A stretch of DNA of 64,000 nucleotides, taken from NCBI GenBank assembly GCA_001179505.1, contig CDMY01000312.1, positions 62,001 through 126,000 of the forward strand, in the 5' to 3' direction. This DNA is from Vitrella brassicaformis CCMP3155. Taxonomy: Eukaryota > Protista > Chromerida. The notes under the pieces were generated by a model, which ran no database searches, had not been told where the DNA came from, and worked only from the letters and a program-made list of their open reading frames with translations. The translations under genes were made by a program, and so were the position numbers. Positions 37,435-50,098 of the stretch are shown here, in pieces (positions within the stretch are counted from its first letter, which is position 1; the number at the start of each line of letters is the position of its first letter).

Positions 37435-39256
37435 TTAGGCCAGCTGTGTCTCTCTCTCCATGAGCCTGCTCAGCCGCCTGCTGGCGATGGCGGCCCCCAC
37501 GTAGACATCGGCATGGGCGCTGACCACCTCCTGGTAGCTCCGCGACTCAACCTCAAGGTCTCGCGGATACCCACCGCCCATCGTCACCACCTGCACACAC
37601 TCATCCACTCGGATGGCATGTGTGTCTCGTGCAAGAGTGTCTCTCTCTCTCTCTCTCTCCGTGTATATGTGCGTGTGTGTCCTTACCACGGGCACTGGTG
37701 TGTGTTTGTCTGTCATGGCCATCTCGTAAACGAGGCGGTTGCGGGTCTGCAGGCCTCCTCGAGAAAGGCTGAGTTTGCCAAACCGGTCGGTTTTGAGACA
37801 GTCCACACCCGACTGATGGATGGGAGGGAACATGATTGCATCCACACAAACATGCACACATGGATTCTCTTGCCATCACTCACTCTTTTACTGACTGACC
37901 TGGTAGAAGATCAGATCGGGTCTGAACTCCCGCACGATGTCGGGGAGGGTCTTGGCCAGCAGAGACAGATACGCACCGTCACCAGTACCTGAATGAAACA
38001 CACACCAACGAATCGAATGCATGTGTGGGCCACAAAGGCACAGGCATGCTTCTCTGCACCCTCCGGCACTTCAATGTCCACGTGGCTTGCTTCTTTGGGA
38101 GAGAAGTAGTTGGCCGTGCAGTGCACCGACAGCGTGAACACATTGCTCTGGTCCTGGAACAGCACGGCATTGCCGTTGCCCTGATGCACGTCCAGGTCCA
38201 CGATCAAGATGCGCTCAATGACGTCTGCATAGTCTCGCAGCGCCACGTTGGCGGCCACCGCAATGTCAGAAAAGGCGCAGAAGCCCTCCCCACGGTCACG
38301 GAAGGCGTGATGCGTGCCACCTGACACACACGCAGGCAGACACGCATAATCCAGTTTACGGATGCCTGTCGGGTCGGTGCATCTCTCTTCTGCTCACCTA
38401 CCTGCGATGTGTCCGGCAAACAGCGGTCTGGTTGGCTCCTGCCCCTTCCTTTGCCGCCTCAGCGCCAGACAGACGTCGCGTGTGGCGGCCACCGTCCCTC
38501 CAACGGAACTTAGCGCCCTGTTGACGGACTCATGGCCCCTCGGGAAGCCAATGCGGCGGTACTGCATGGGGTCCAGCGACCCCTCACAGAAGGCCCGCAC
38601 GTACGACGGGCAGTGAGTGGTGTGGAGGTCCTCGATGGAGGCCAGAGGGGAAGGGGCGAAGGAGGCCCATACGGCATTGCCCTGGTCTCGGCTGTCGGTG
38701 TTGGTGTTGGTGGTGCGTCCGAGGAGGCGCTGCAGCCTAAGCCGTACCTCTCGGTACTTGGCCTGAGAGTGCACACACGCATACAGATAGTCCGCCTGGC
38801 GGGACCAGCGGGAATCGGTGAATGCATTCATCGATTCACGAAGAGGTGGGTGCATCCATCGTATTATCTATCCTTCGTAAAGATGACTGACTCCGTCTGA
38901 CTTCGTGGTGGTGTGTCGGGTCGGGCTTACCATCGGGAACTTGTGGTCGGGCGGCAGCGTCACTTCGAACAGATCTGCATCGCATTGCATCGCATCGCCC
39001 TCATTGCACAAACAGACAGCCAATCCCCCCACAACCATGCGTCATGCGGATGCTCACCGTTGTAATAGAGGCTGAGGTAAGCAGGATAGAAGCCTGGCCT
39101 CGTTGCCGCTGCCCTGCGCACTTCTCTCGACGACCATCTGGCCGATTGTGGAGCCGCCGTCAGCTGGGATCTAGCAGATCTAGCATCCGCGAGCCCTCTG
39201 CCGACAGTAGCAGCCCAGAAGCTGCTCATCGCCGCCACCCACCCAAACCACGCCAT
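37435..39256 (-). CDS. Zn-dependent HDAC-superfamily deacetylase (class IV/bacterial-like) with Arg/Ser/Ala-rich N-terminal extension
   Basis: HKFPMAKY, GGTHHAFRDRGEGFC, ILIVDLDVHQGNG, PDLIFYQSGVD, VTMGGGY; catalytic and metal residues appear intact. Confidence 0.9.
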
Positions 39257-39523
39257 TCAACAGCAACCATAGTTGTGCACAAGATCTCGTCAAAGATGAT
39301 CTCCGCCTTCGCAGACTTCCGGCAACTGTGTTTCCCTCTCCGGTGCCTTCTTCCAACAGCAGCAGCTTCCTTGCGAGCGCGAGCTGTTCGTTGGTTGACT
39401 GGGATCGAACCGATGTGTTGGCGACTGATCTGAGCCTTCTCGGCTTCAGGCCGCCTTATTTGTGACCTCAGAGAAGAGATCTGAGGGAAATTGCCGAAGA
39501 TGCAGCTCCTGTAGTAAGCGCGA

Positions 39524-42500
39524 ATGGCATTCCGCGACGTGTTTGTGGTGGCGCAGGACCCCTTCTGGTTCGACGGTGCCGTGTTCGACTACTGGCTGCA
39601 CGGCCTGTCCATTGACGAGGCGCTTGGCGAGCGGAGGAAGGCGTTCGGCATCGAGGGCAGCGACTTGATGGGTGGCGTGGGTGTGGGCACAGCGCCGCAC
39701 TCCACGTTCGATGCCTACCACTTTGGGAACCTGCTGTCGCTCATCAAGCTCGACACGGTGAGCATGGAAGCGTGTGTGTGCGTGTGGGAGAGAGAGTGAA
39801 GAAGGGTCATTGTGTGTGTGTGTGTGTGTGTGCCTGTCCAATGCAATCATTGTGTGTGTTCTGCAGGCGCATTTGTATCATGTGTTTGAGCTGCTGGAGC
39901 TGCAGCTGTACAGCCCGCAGAGCTTCCTCAGCTTCTCCACGCTGCAGATCAGGGCGTCCGAGAGACGAACCATACTCAGAAAGTAAGTGGGGTGGCACCG
40001 ACCACACACTGACAGACAGACAGACAGCGACCGCACACAGGGAAGTCGCTGCTCATGGGCGTGTGCGTGTGCCTTTGCGTGTGTTGGTCAGATTCTACTC
40101 GCTGGATCCCCCTGTGGTTCGCGAGGTCCTCAAGACCAGCAAGCCTCTCAGCATCAAACAAAAGGCCATACTCCAGATCGGTACCTATGCCCTCAAAGCA
40201 CCCAAGCCAGTGTGCATCAGTCAGGCACCGCACAATCTCCTCCCTCCTCTGCGTGTCACACTGCCTCTGCCCGTCGCTCAGTGCGTGCCACGGGTGTGCG
40301 TCATCAGTCTGTGCAGCGGCAGGTGCTCCGCTTAAATTGACATAGAGGGAGAGTGCCGCACGCAGTGTGCATCTCTGATCGCTCTACCTCCCTCTCTGCC
40401 TGTGCGTGTGCGTGCAGGTCGAGAACATCCGCCGTATGTGTCGCTGGCTTGACACGGACGACGCCTCACAGCCGCAGACACAGAGGCAGGCCCTCGCGCA
40501 GCTGTCAGAACTTTTCGGAGACACATTGGGCGGGTAACCAACCACATGGAGAGAGAGGGGGGGGAAGAGAGAGAGTCAGTGTAATGTGTGGTTGGTGGAT
40601 GCGTTTGTGGTCAGGCGATACTACCGTATAAACTTCATCATATCCAACAAGTAAGCGCGATCACAATCAAAGCTCCTCTTCCTCAGTGTGTGTGTGTGTG
40701 TGTGTGTATATCTATCTGTCACTTCCTGTGTGGTGTGTGTCATTGTGATTGCCACTCAGGATCGAGGTGTTCGCCAAGCGCACCAGCCACCTGACCTTCC
40801 TGCAGGTGAGTGACGTTCACAGCCCGCGAACCGAACTAACTGCTGTTGGGTGGATGTTCACCTGAGCGTGTGTGTGGTTGGTTGGTTGATGGTCCTGTAT
40901 GTGCTGTGCTCGCAGGTTGACGAGGTGGTGTCGCACTTCCTGTCGTCCTTCACCCCCACGGCCGACAGCTACCTCGACCCGGTGCACCTCGACGCCGTCA
41001 AGACCCTACACAGCTTCTTCAAAAACGTCAGAAATGCTGAAGAATTCAGGTCAAGACACACAAACACCCACCCACCCACCCACACACACACAGTGAGAGG
41101 GGCAAGAGAGAGATTCGTGTTGTGCCGTGTGGTGTGGTGTGGTGTGGTGTCGACAGGCAGCAGCTTCGCCGTGATTGGCTGCGCATATCGGCTGTGCCAC
41201 AGCCAGCAGCCTCGGCGCCGCAACCTACAGCAGGTGTGGTGGTCACGGCACACCAAACACCCCACCCCCACACGCCTCTCTGGTGTGCTCGTGTGTGTGC
41301 GGGCGGTGGGTGAGCAGGTGTTCCATCGGTGGCTACTACCGTCGGCACCTCCCAGTTGGGTGCGCACCCGTTGAGAGTGGAGGCCTCCCGGCAGATGAAC
41401 TCCGCCCTCGTGAAGGGACTGCTGCAGCTCATCGCCACACTGCAATCGGTGGGCAAGAATGCAGCATGACCATTCAGACATCGACCACCCTCTCTCTCTC
41501 TCTCCCTCTGTGTGTGTGTGTGTGGATGGGCGGTTGCAGCCGACTCATTTGACGAAGCTGTTCTCCATGCTGACAGAGTTCGCTGACCGCATCAAAGCCA
41601 TCGAGCCCTCACACCAAGACGTATGCTATGCGTGTGGGTCTAGCATGCAGCCTAGCCCACCTTCTACACACATGTGGTGGTGTGCTGACCGTGTCATTCT
41701 GTCATTCTGCAGCTGCAGGGATTCATCGAGGCAGCCAAGGCGGCCTTCACGCGGCTGACGGACGCCAGGCGCGGCCCCGCGCCCTCTGACGACTCGCCAT
41801 CGCACCCCATCGCCGAGCCACACGTCGAGGCCACATTCGTCAAATGCTGCGACTTCATCGGGTGGGTGGCCAGNNNNNNNNNNNNNNNNNNNNNNNNNNN
41901 NNNNNNNNNNNNNNNNNNNNNNNNNNNNNNNNNNNNNNNNNNNNNNNNNNNNNNNNNNNNNNNNNNNNNNNNNNNNNNNNNNNNNNNNNNNNNNNNNNNN
42001 NNNNNNNNNNNNNNNNNNNNNNNNNNNNNNNNNNNNNNNNNNNNNNNNNNNNNNNNNNNNNNNNNNNNNNNNNNNNNNNNNNNNNNNNNNNNNNNNNNNN
42101 NNNNNNNNNNNNNNNNNNNNNNNNNNNNNNNNNNNNNNNNNNNNNNNNNNNNNNNNNNNNNNNNNNNNNNNNNCCCCACGCGGCCACACTCCCGCCATCC
42201 CACCCGCCCCCCAGCACTGCCAGCGTTGACGAGAGCGGTAGCGGTGCTGCTCATCAGGTGCCTGCCAGTGACGGCGGCCAAGATAGGAGAACGGGGCGGT
42301 TCAGACTCCCCACCACAAGCCTCAGACGATTCCTCAGGCAAGCAAGGGCATGGCAGCCACAGCCACAGACAGCCACACGCAACGCTTCTTTGGGCGTATC
42401 ACATCACACTCATTGTGTGTGTGTGTGTGTGTGTGTGTGTGGCCATTCAGGAGTGGCTCGGTGTCTACTGACGTTGGCCGTCCTGCGATGCGTTCGCAGC

Positions 42501-42557
42501 CCCTGCCCGTGCCGTCGGCCACACTGCCGGTCGATCGGTGTTGACGGAAAGCATTAA
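39524..42557 (+). CDS. FIBP: FGF-intracellular-binding-protein (FIBP) family protein; gap in 3' part
   Basis: DVFV...FDYWLHGLSIDEA, VFELLELQLYSP..F, FYSLDPPVVREVL, QVENIRR, RIEVFAKRTSHLTF..VDEVVSHFLSSFT and TKLFSMLTEF are colinear with my recollection of animal FIBP. 3' end approximate. Confidence 0.8.
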
Positions 42558-42928
42558 TGCTGCACCGCTGCATTAGTCATCTGTCGCCCTGACTGACTCT
42601 GTCGGCTAGAGAGAGGGAGGGAGAGACGGTATGCGTGCATGTCGATGTAATGTATTGAGATGGCCCGATCTCCGTGTCAAAACCAAAATAACGCCACGAC
42701 TTGTGCTTGCGTGTAGCCGTCACAGGGACCGTGGAGGACCGTGGAGCAAATTGCGAGCTCGTGATTACGATTTGTTCAGCTCGCGATGCACACTCGGCTG
42801 AGAGAGATGAGAGTCCTTTGAACAAAGCGTGCCCATCACCTTCTGTCTTTGCATAGCTGTCCCCCATCCTCTCCGTTTCTGTCCAATTGATCTTCCGACT
42901 CCCGCCCACGAGCAGAACGGACGGACTC

Positions 42929-45900
42929 ATGGGGAATCAGCAGAGTGACGGCCACGCCCACCCGGTGACGCACAGCTGCGTGCAGGGGCTGCAGCTCAAC
43001 GAAACTCCCGTAACCACACACACACACACACACACACGATGATCTGCCTCTCACATAGATCCGATGTGTGTGTGTGTGTGTGTGTTTGTTGGTTCAGCCT
43101 CTCGTCCCTCCAGCAAGATCAGCAGAGTAGGCTGGCTGCGTCGAGATCACCAACCATTGCGACACACAGACAGCCCTGATCTCTCTCCCTTGTTGTTTTT
43201 CGTGTGTCAGTGACCCTCGACTGGCTCGCGAGACGGTGCAGCTGGCACGGCCAGAGGGCGAGGCTGCCTCTGCCGCAGACGGGGGACACCCACGCGAGCA
43301 TAAAGACCAGCAAGGAGAGGGAGAGGGGAAGGGCGGCGACGGTGCCCACTCTGAGCCTCCCGACGACGGGTCTCCCAGTGACAGTGCTGCTGTGGCTGTT
43401 GCCGCTGCTGAGGGTGGTGGCACCATCAATGAGGTCCGCGAGGTACAGCGGAAGCGATACGAACAATTCAAACGGTCAGTGAGCAGTGACTGACCAGAGA
43501 GAGATCGACCCTTGTGTTGTGTCTGCTCTGTGTGCCATTCATGAGTGCCATGTCATGTGTGTGTGAGTCAGGTCTCAGCGTGGGTCAGCAGCAGCGTCCG
43601 GAAGTGCGTCCGCGAGCAGCACGGGCGACCCTCCTCCGTGCTACCCCACCACCTACCCCCCGCCCCTCAACAGCCTGCCGCCCAAGCCGGTGCCGGCCGT
43701 GCTGCGGCAGCCAGAGGCAAACCTGCGGGAACTCGACACCCTGTGGATCAGGCCTTACAAGTACGGAAGGAATCGACAGAGAGAGAGAGAGAGAGATGGC
43801 TGGGTGGATGTGTGTGTTGTGATGGTGTTTGTTCAGGACATCTGAGATCGATGCGCTGTTTGAGGACAACCAGCACGACCAGGAGGTCAGTGGGTGAAGC
43901 GAAGGGGAGGAGCTGATGGGATGGAAGACGGCGTGGCGTGATGTGTCGCGTCGCGTGTCGCGTGTCTTTGTGTGTGCAGCGTGTGCAGCAGTACCTTTGG
44001 GACACCTACGTCAAGTCCTTCTTCAGCGAGCAACTCAGATACGTTGAAAGCGGTCAGTACACAGCACACTGCTCAGTGCGTGAGCAGACAGATTCCCACG
44101 TGTGTGTGTGTGTGTGTAGGTCAAAACCTGGAGATGTGTCCGGCGGGTGTCGAGGAGTTCCCCTGCACCTTCAGGATCACATGCTGCTCACCGTGGGACG
44201 GTAGGGAAACAAACCATGTCATGCCGGACACAGCACAGCAGCCACACGTTGGTGTGCCGGTGCCGGTGTGGCACACGCTGCAGGGGTGGTGACTGCCTCA
44301 ACGGTCTTCCATCTCATTGGGTGGGGGGGGGGGGGGGGGGGNNNNNNNNNNNNNNNNNNNNNNNNNNNNNNNNNNNNNNNNNNNNNNNNNNNNNNNNNNN
44401 NNNNNNNNNNNNNNNNNNNNNNNNNNNNNNNNNNNNNNNNNNNNNNNNNNNNNNNNNNNNNNNNNNNNNNNNNNNNNNNNNNNNNNNNNNNNNNNNNNNN
44501 NNNNNNNNNNNNNNNNNNNNNNNNNNNNNNNNNNNNNNNNNNNNNNNNNNNNNNNNNNNNNNNNNNNNNNNNNNNNNNNNNNNNNNNNNNNNNNNNNNNN
44601 NNNNNNNNNNNNNNNNNNNNNNNNNNNNNNNNNNNNNNNNNGGGGTGGGCGCATCTGCGGAAGGAAAAGATGACGATCTACTCGCGCCTTCGTGTACTCG
44701 TGCATGTCTGTGTATGTGTCTGTGTCTGTGTGGCAGTGAGCCCTTGATCCACCAGCCGGCCGAGAGGCTCCACCTGCTGCCCATCGGATCGCCGCCAGGT
44801 CGGTCACACACCACATCCACACCATCATCGACCGACACACCCCTCCCTCCATCGTGGGTGTCTGGCGTCCGCTGTGTACTGTGCCCATTTGCAGCGCTGG
44901 CAGGTGTGCCGGACGACCAAGCGGGCGCGGCGCTGTTTGCGAGATACATCAAGCCCTTCTTCAGGGCAAACACCTGCAGACACCTCATCGAAGGTGAGTG
45001 GCTACACAGGCATCAGTGACAGACAGACAGACAGACAGACGGGCTTCGCGCGTGTGTGTGTGCGCGTGTGTTGCAGGTGAGACATTGGTATGTGACGACG
45101 TGAGGTTCAAGGTGGTGGCCCTGACCCCCCCACAGGGCTTCATCACCCGGGAAACGGTGGGTGCACTGAGCCAGGCAGCCAGCCAGCCGCTTTCAAATGG
45201 ATTGTTGCTGCTCCTTCCCTTTGCCCATCACAGCGCATCCACATGGACGGCACGCCTCTGAGCTATTACGAGCTCGTGGAGTTCCAGCCAATCGACGTAC
45301 GCCAGCAGGGCCACACAGAGCCAGATGATCAGATTGTGTGTGTTGCACACTTGCAGGAGTCGCTGCCTCCGGCGATGAGGGGCGAGCGATACAACGGGGA
45401 CGCGCAGGACCAGGTGAGCACACGCACAGAGTCAGTCAGTAGGCGCGTGACATGCCAGGCTGTCACGGTCTCTTTCTCTCTCTCTCTCTCTTTCTCTCAG
45501 CTGTTCGAGCTGTACCTTCGGCCGCATTACGAGGGCAGGGAGTGCATCGTCAGAAACGGTCTGACACGCCCATGGCCGCACACACAACCACTCCGTCCGT
45601 CCGTCTGTCTGTGTGTGTGTTTGGCTGCCCTGCCAGGTGAGGAGATTGTGATCGACAAGGTCCGCTTCAAGCCCATCACTTTCCTCCCCAGACTCAACGG
45701 AATCGGTAAGGGCAGCCCAGCAAGCCAACGAGCCATTCCCTCTCTCTCCTTCCCTTCCGGGGGCCAATTGATAACTAACGTCGATGTGATGCGCGGTAAC
45801 AGGTGTGGTGGGTGCCAACACGGCCATCACGTGTGCGCAGCACACCATGTCCGAAGAGGCTCTCCGGCAGCTGCAAATCAACGAAGATATGAGACTCGCC

Positions 45901-47463
45901 ATGCAGCTGCAACAAAGAGAGGGTACGGTACCCTACCCTACACACACGCAACCCCCCACACCACACCCTTCTCTCATTTCCCCCATGGTGTGTACCTATG
46001 CATTGCTGCAGGCGGCTTGCGTGGTCTGCGCATGATGGGCCGTGGTCGTGGCGGCCCCCACCCGCCGGCAGAGTTCCCAGGTCTGGTGCGGCTGGGGTTC
46101 CCCGGCAGCTCCAGCGGCATCAGCGACATCGGCGCGTGGCTAAGGGGCACCATACAGGTGCACACACACACACACACTCAGGCAGAAAGGCATGCAGGGA
46201 AGGAGACAATTAATGGGGCCAAACGTATGTCTCTGCGCATCTGTCCTTGTGTGTGTGTGTGTGTGTGTCCAGCAAATGTATGAGACGTTGCCGCGTGACG
46301 ACCCCCGGCGCGCCCGTCTGGCGCTGATACTCGAGGAGTTCCCGGACGACACCAACTTCGATATCGATGTACGGTACACACACACCATCTGACGCCTGTG
46401 ATCGAAGTCGCCCCTGCCCACACGCGTGTGTGTGTGTGTGTGTGCGTGTGTGTGTGGTGCAGACTTTGCAGCGGTTCCGCGAGCGGCTGGAGTTCAGAGG
46501 GGCCTCTGAGCAGGACATTCAGAGGTGGGTGGGTGAAGACGATGATGCGACCAAGGCCATGGCATCTCTGTGTGTTTCTGTTTGGCAGGCGGACCATCAC
46601 GTGGAATTTCGCCAAGCCTGCACACCCGCCTCCATCGGAAGACATCGAATCAGACGACCGGCTCACGTAAGGACAGCACACACACGCGCCCCCCCACCAT
46701 CATTCACTCGGCTGTTGTTCTGTTCTGTCAGTTGTCGCATATGCCTGGCGCCATTTGAGAACGACGAGCTCATCCGCTGCCTCCCATGCTGTGAGAAAAC
46801 ACCTCACAACACACACGCGCCAGAAAGCAGTGCGACACACAAGCGGTCCTCCTTCCCTCTGTGTGGTGTGTTGTCTGTCTGGTCCGGTGTGTTGGGTCGG
46901 TCAGTCCACCGGTTTCACTCGACGTGTGCCACGAGCTGGCTGCGGCAAAGCAAGGTCTGCCCCATTTGCAAGATGGCCATCGACGCCAGCGGCACGTAAG
47001 CAAACCACACCACACCACACCACACCAGCACCCACCCTCATCATTGAGAGTGTGTGTGTGTGTGTGTGTGTTCCACAGTGACACCAATCCCTTCGGTGAG
47101 ACCCCCGACCTCCTCGGCGCACCTGCACCTACAGCAGACCAGCAGCAGCAGCCAGCGGCACCATCAGCAGAAGAAGGAGACGAAGAGGAGGCCGATGCGT
47201 CCTCCGACGACCAAGCAGACTCGCCCCCCAGCTCAGCACCCCACCTCCCCTCGTCGAGCAGCGCCTCTCCCCCTCCCCCTGTCCCTCCGCCGCCACCCCC
47301 ACCACCCGGCCTGCCGCCCACTCTGCCCGACCAGCAGCCATCTGCCGGTGGTGGTCGCCAGGCGCGCGTGCTGCCCGATGAAGAGGTGGCAGCCTTCTTT
47401 GGCGAGGAGCCGCCGGGCATGCCGGAGAGGCGGCGGCCGGCCAGGGGGAATGAGTTCCTCTGA
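42929..47463 (+). CDS. RING-H2 E3 ligase with N-myristoylation motif, three p97/CDC48 N-subdomain-like repeats, MIU-like motif, and NPF/Pro-rich tail
   Basis: MGNQQS start. Repeats of the pattern [ILV]..LPI...L(F/W)..Y(V/I/L)(K/R)..F...G.....F(K/R)....P.....T. EDMRLAMQLQQRE. GASEQDIQR..TCRICLAPFENDELIRCLPC/VHRFHSTCATSWLRQSKVCPICK. Last exon DTNPFGETPDLLG...EFL*. Confidence 0.8.
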
Positions 47464-48158
47464 GAGAGGAGTTGACTGACTGGGTGGTGCAGACAAACTA
47501 CGGCATGAGTGGGCTTTGTTGGAATTAGAGGGTCCCCTCTGTTGGGTGGGTGGTAAAGCGGCTTGATATACATCGATCTGTGATTGTTACAGTGTACGAC
47601 GTATCAGTTGGTGTGTGGCTGGCTGATCTTTCCTCTGGCGTGATCTGTGCACCAGAGGCTCTCCACGCTCATCCTTTCAGGTTTTTCCTCCTGGCTGGCT
47701 GTGCGTGGCGGGGTCGGGAGACGCAGATCAGGCCGGGAGAGAGAGAAAGCAACGGGCTGTAAGTAAGAGCGTGAGGCTGTATTGATCAGATCAGTGTGGT
47801 CTCCCTGACTGTGCGGCTTGTGCCCTTCATGCCTCCTCGCCGTCACCCACCGGCAGTGCAGATGACCGGTGGCACCGCCCGGCTGTCACGCCGGCTGTCA
47901 CGCAGGCACCTGACCTGTCGGGTGGAGACGGCGAGGACACCAGGCTACGGGAAGGAACGCCATCGATGTCAGACGAACAGTGTCATGGTGTGGGGGGTAT
48001 TTTTAACACATACATGTTACAGTACATTTATTTCGTCTTCGGGGCCACACAGAATTAAGCACAGGTGTTACAAAATCGTCGCGGCGATATCGTAACACTG
48101 TGCTTTAATTCGACGGCGTGAATGGCCATAGAAAGGAGAGTCCCGGCTGCAGACGGAT

Positions 48159-48241
48159 GTCAACATGGCCGAGTGGTTCAAGGCGTCAGACTTAAGATCT
48201 GATGGAGCAATTCCGCATGGGTTCGAACCCCATTGTTGACA
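48159..48241 (+). tRNA. trnL-UAA: tRNA-Leu (anticodon UAA), intron-less, long variable arm
   Basis: Acceptor stem GTCAACA/TGTTGAC; D-arm TGGCCGAGTGGTTCAAGGC; anticodon stem TCAGA-CT-TAA-GA-TCTGA; T-loop GGTTCGAACCC. Confidence 0.95.
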
Positions 48242-48401
48242 CTTAGACCTAAAAACACTCAGGACCGTGCGGCAAGTGTTTTGACCCTTGTTGTGCCTCC
48301 CGCTGCTTGCTGTTTTGTTTGAGGCCTCCTCAGCCGAGGAAATGCGCATAGCCGATTCCCAGTCACACACAGAGAGGAGAAGAGGAGAAAGAGCAGACTG
48401 A

Positions 48402-50098
48402 ATGCATGGCCATCCTCGCCTCACCTCCAGCAGCACATCTGTCGGGAGAGAGCAGCACCATCAGTTCATCAGCAGGTCGGGCGGTCGCAGCCACCATCAC
48501 GGCGGGTCATCGTGCTCCATCCAGGACAACAACAGAAAGGAGGACATCTGGCTGGCGTATGGGGCGCTGATGAGTCTGTATGCCAGCCGACATCTGCTTG
48601 TTGATGATACGCATGACGTCGGTGAGTGAGAGAGAGAGATCGTGCGAATGGAGAGAGAGAACGGACAGAAGAGAGAGCTGCTTTGTGTGTGGTCTGTGCC
48701 TGCAGATACGATTGCATCCACAGTTGGCGTCGCGCTGGGCCTCTCTCTGAAGGTGGCGACCATCACGCCCGACACGCTGCCTGCCCACCTCTTCACCACC
48801 TACGCCAACCACCCCCTACCGCAGCCGTCCTCACGGCAGCTGGTGACCGCGTCGTCATCCGTCAGCCACCCGCAGGCATCGCCGGCAGCCAAGAGCGCCT
48901 TCGTCCTGCCGCACGTCCTCATCCTGCTCAGCATCCACGAGGCCTCGTTTGCCCTGCAACGGGCCCTCGTGTCCCTCATCCATGACAAGAAGCTGCGCGT
49001 CGCCACGGACCACCATCACCCGCACTATCGCGATTTCACGCTCCCGGAGCCCTTTCTGCTGGTGGGTGTGGTGCGCTTCCCGGGCCTGCTGCTGCCGCGG
49101 CTGCTGGATGAGTGTTTGGTGTGGGTGCGGGGCGGGGAGAGGGAGAGGGAGAAGGCTCGTCGGCTGCCTGACCTGGGCGTGTTGCGGCAAGACGATAGCG
49201 AGACCGTCAGCAAGATCAGAAGCGTCCATGTCAGGTAAGCACAAAGTAGGGAGGAAGAGATGGATGGATGGATAAATGGATAGATGGATGGATGGATGGA
49301 TGGCGGTCGGTTCCGATTGTCGACGCTCTATCGTGTCGTGTTGATTGCAGCCTTGGGATAACTCAGTACATCCGTGACATTGTCAACCACCTCCTCGTGT
49401 CGCCTCTGGTGAGAGAGAGTGACTGACATGTATCCCGTGGCCAGGAGGGACTACAAGAAGGCGTCTACTTGCATGTGTGTGTGTGTGTGTGTGTGTGTCC
49501 GTCAGGCCCGTGGCGGTCCCCCCCTAGGCACTGTGCGAGCGCTGGAAGTCGCCTCACGGTGGGCACGCAGAGAGAGTGGCTGAACGGGACGCACAGTCCA
49601 TGTGAGTGTATCTATCAACTGGTAGGATCGAGGCCTTCTGTCGTCGGAGCATCTGCGTCACGCCCACACACGTCAAGTCTGTGGTGAGAAAGACTGAAAG
49701 TCTTTCACAAGCCAACAGACTCTACCCTGAGGCTCCCACCTGAAGAGTGCTTTCATATGCAGGCGCCTCTGGTGCTGTCACATCGCATTCAGACCGTCCT
49801 CACCCAGCCGCCCACCGCGGCACAGCAAGACGACGGCATCACCACCAGCACCGACAAGAAGCCCTCGCGCCTGTTCCTACCCCGACAGCGGAGGGGCTCA
49901 CACATCGCTGCGGCCAGAGAGCGGGAGAGCGAGCAGGAAGACTTTGATGGCGACGGCCATGGTGCTGCTGAGGTGGTGACGCATGTAGACGTGGCCAAGA
50001 TGGCGCGAGTAGAGGGGGGTGAGGGCAGTGGCAGCTGGGTGGTTGACCCGAGTGAGGCGGTGCTGTGGACACTCAAGTGTGTGGCACCGCCGTGTTGA
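48402..50098 (+). CDS. MoxR/ChlI-clade AAA+-like protein with degenerate Walker A and B (probable pseudo-ATPase)
   Basis: RHLLVDDTHDVDTIASTVGVALGL..ATITPDTLPAHL; PHVLILLSIHEASFALQRAL; FTLPEPFLLVG; lid motif GTVRALEVASRIEAFCRRSICVTPTHVKSVAPLVLSHRI. Confidence 0.65.
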
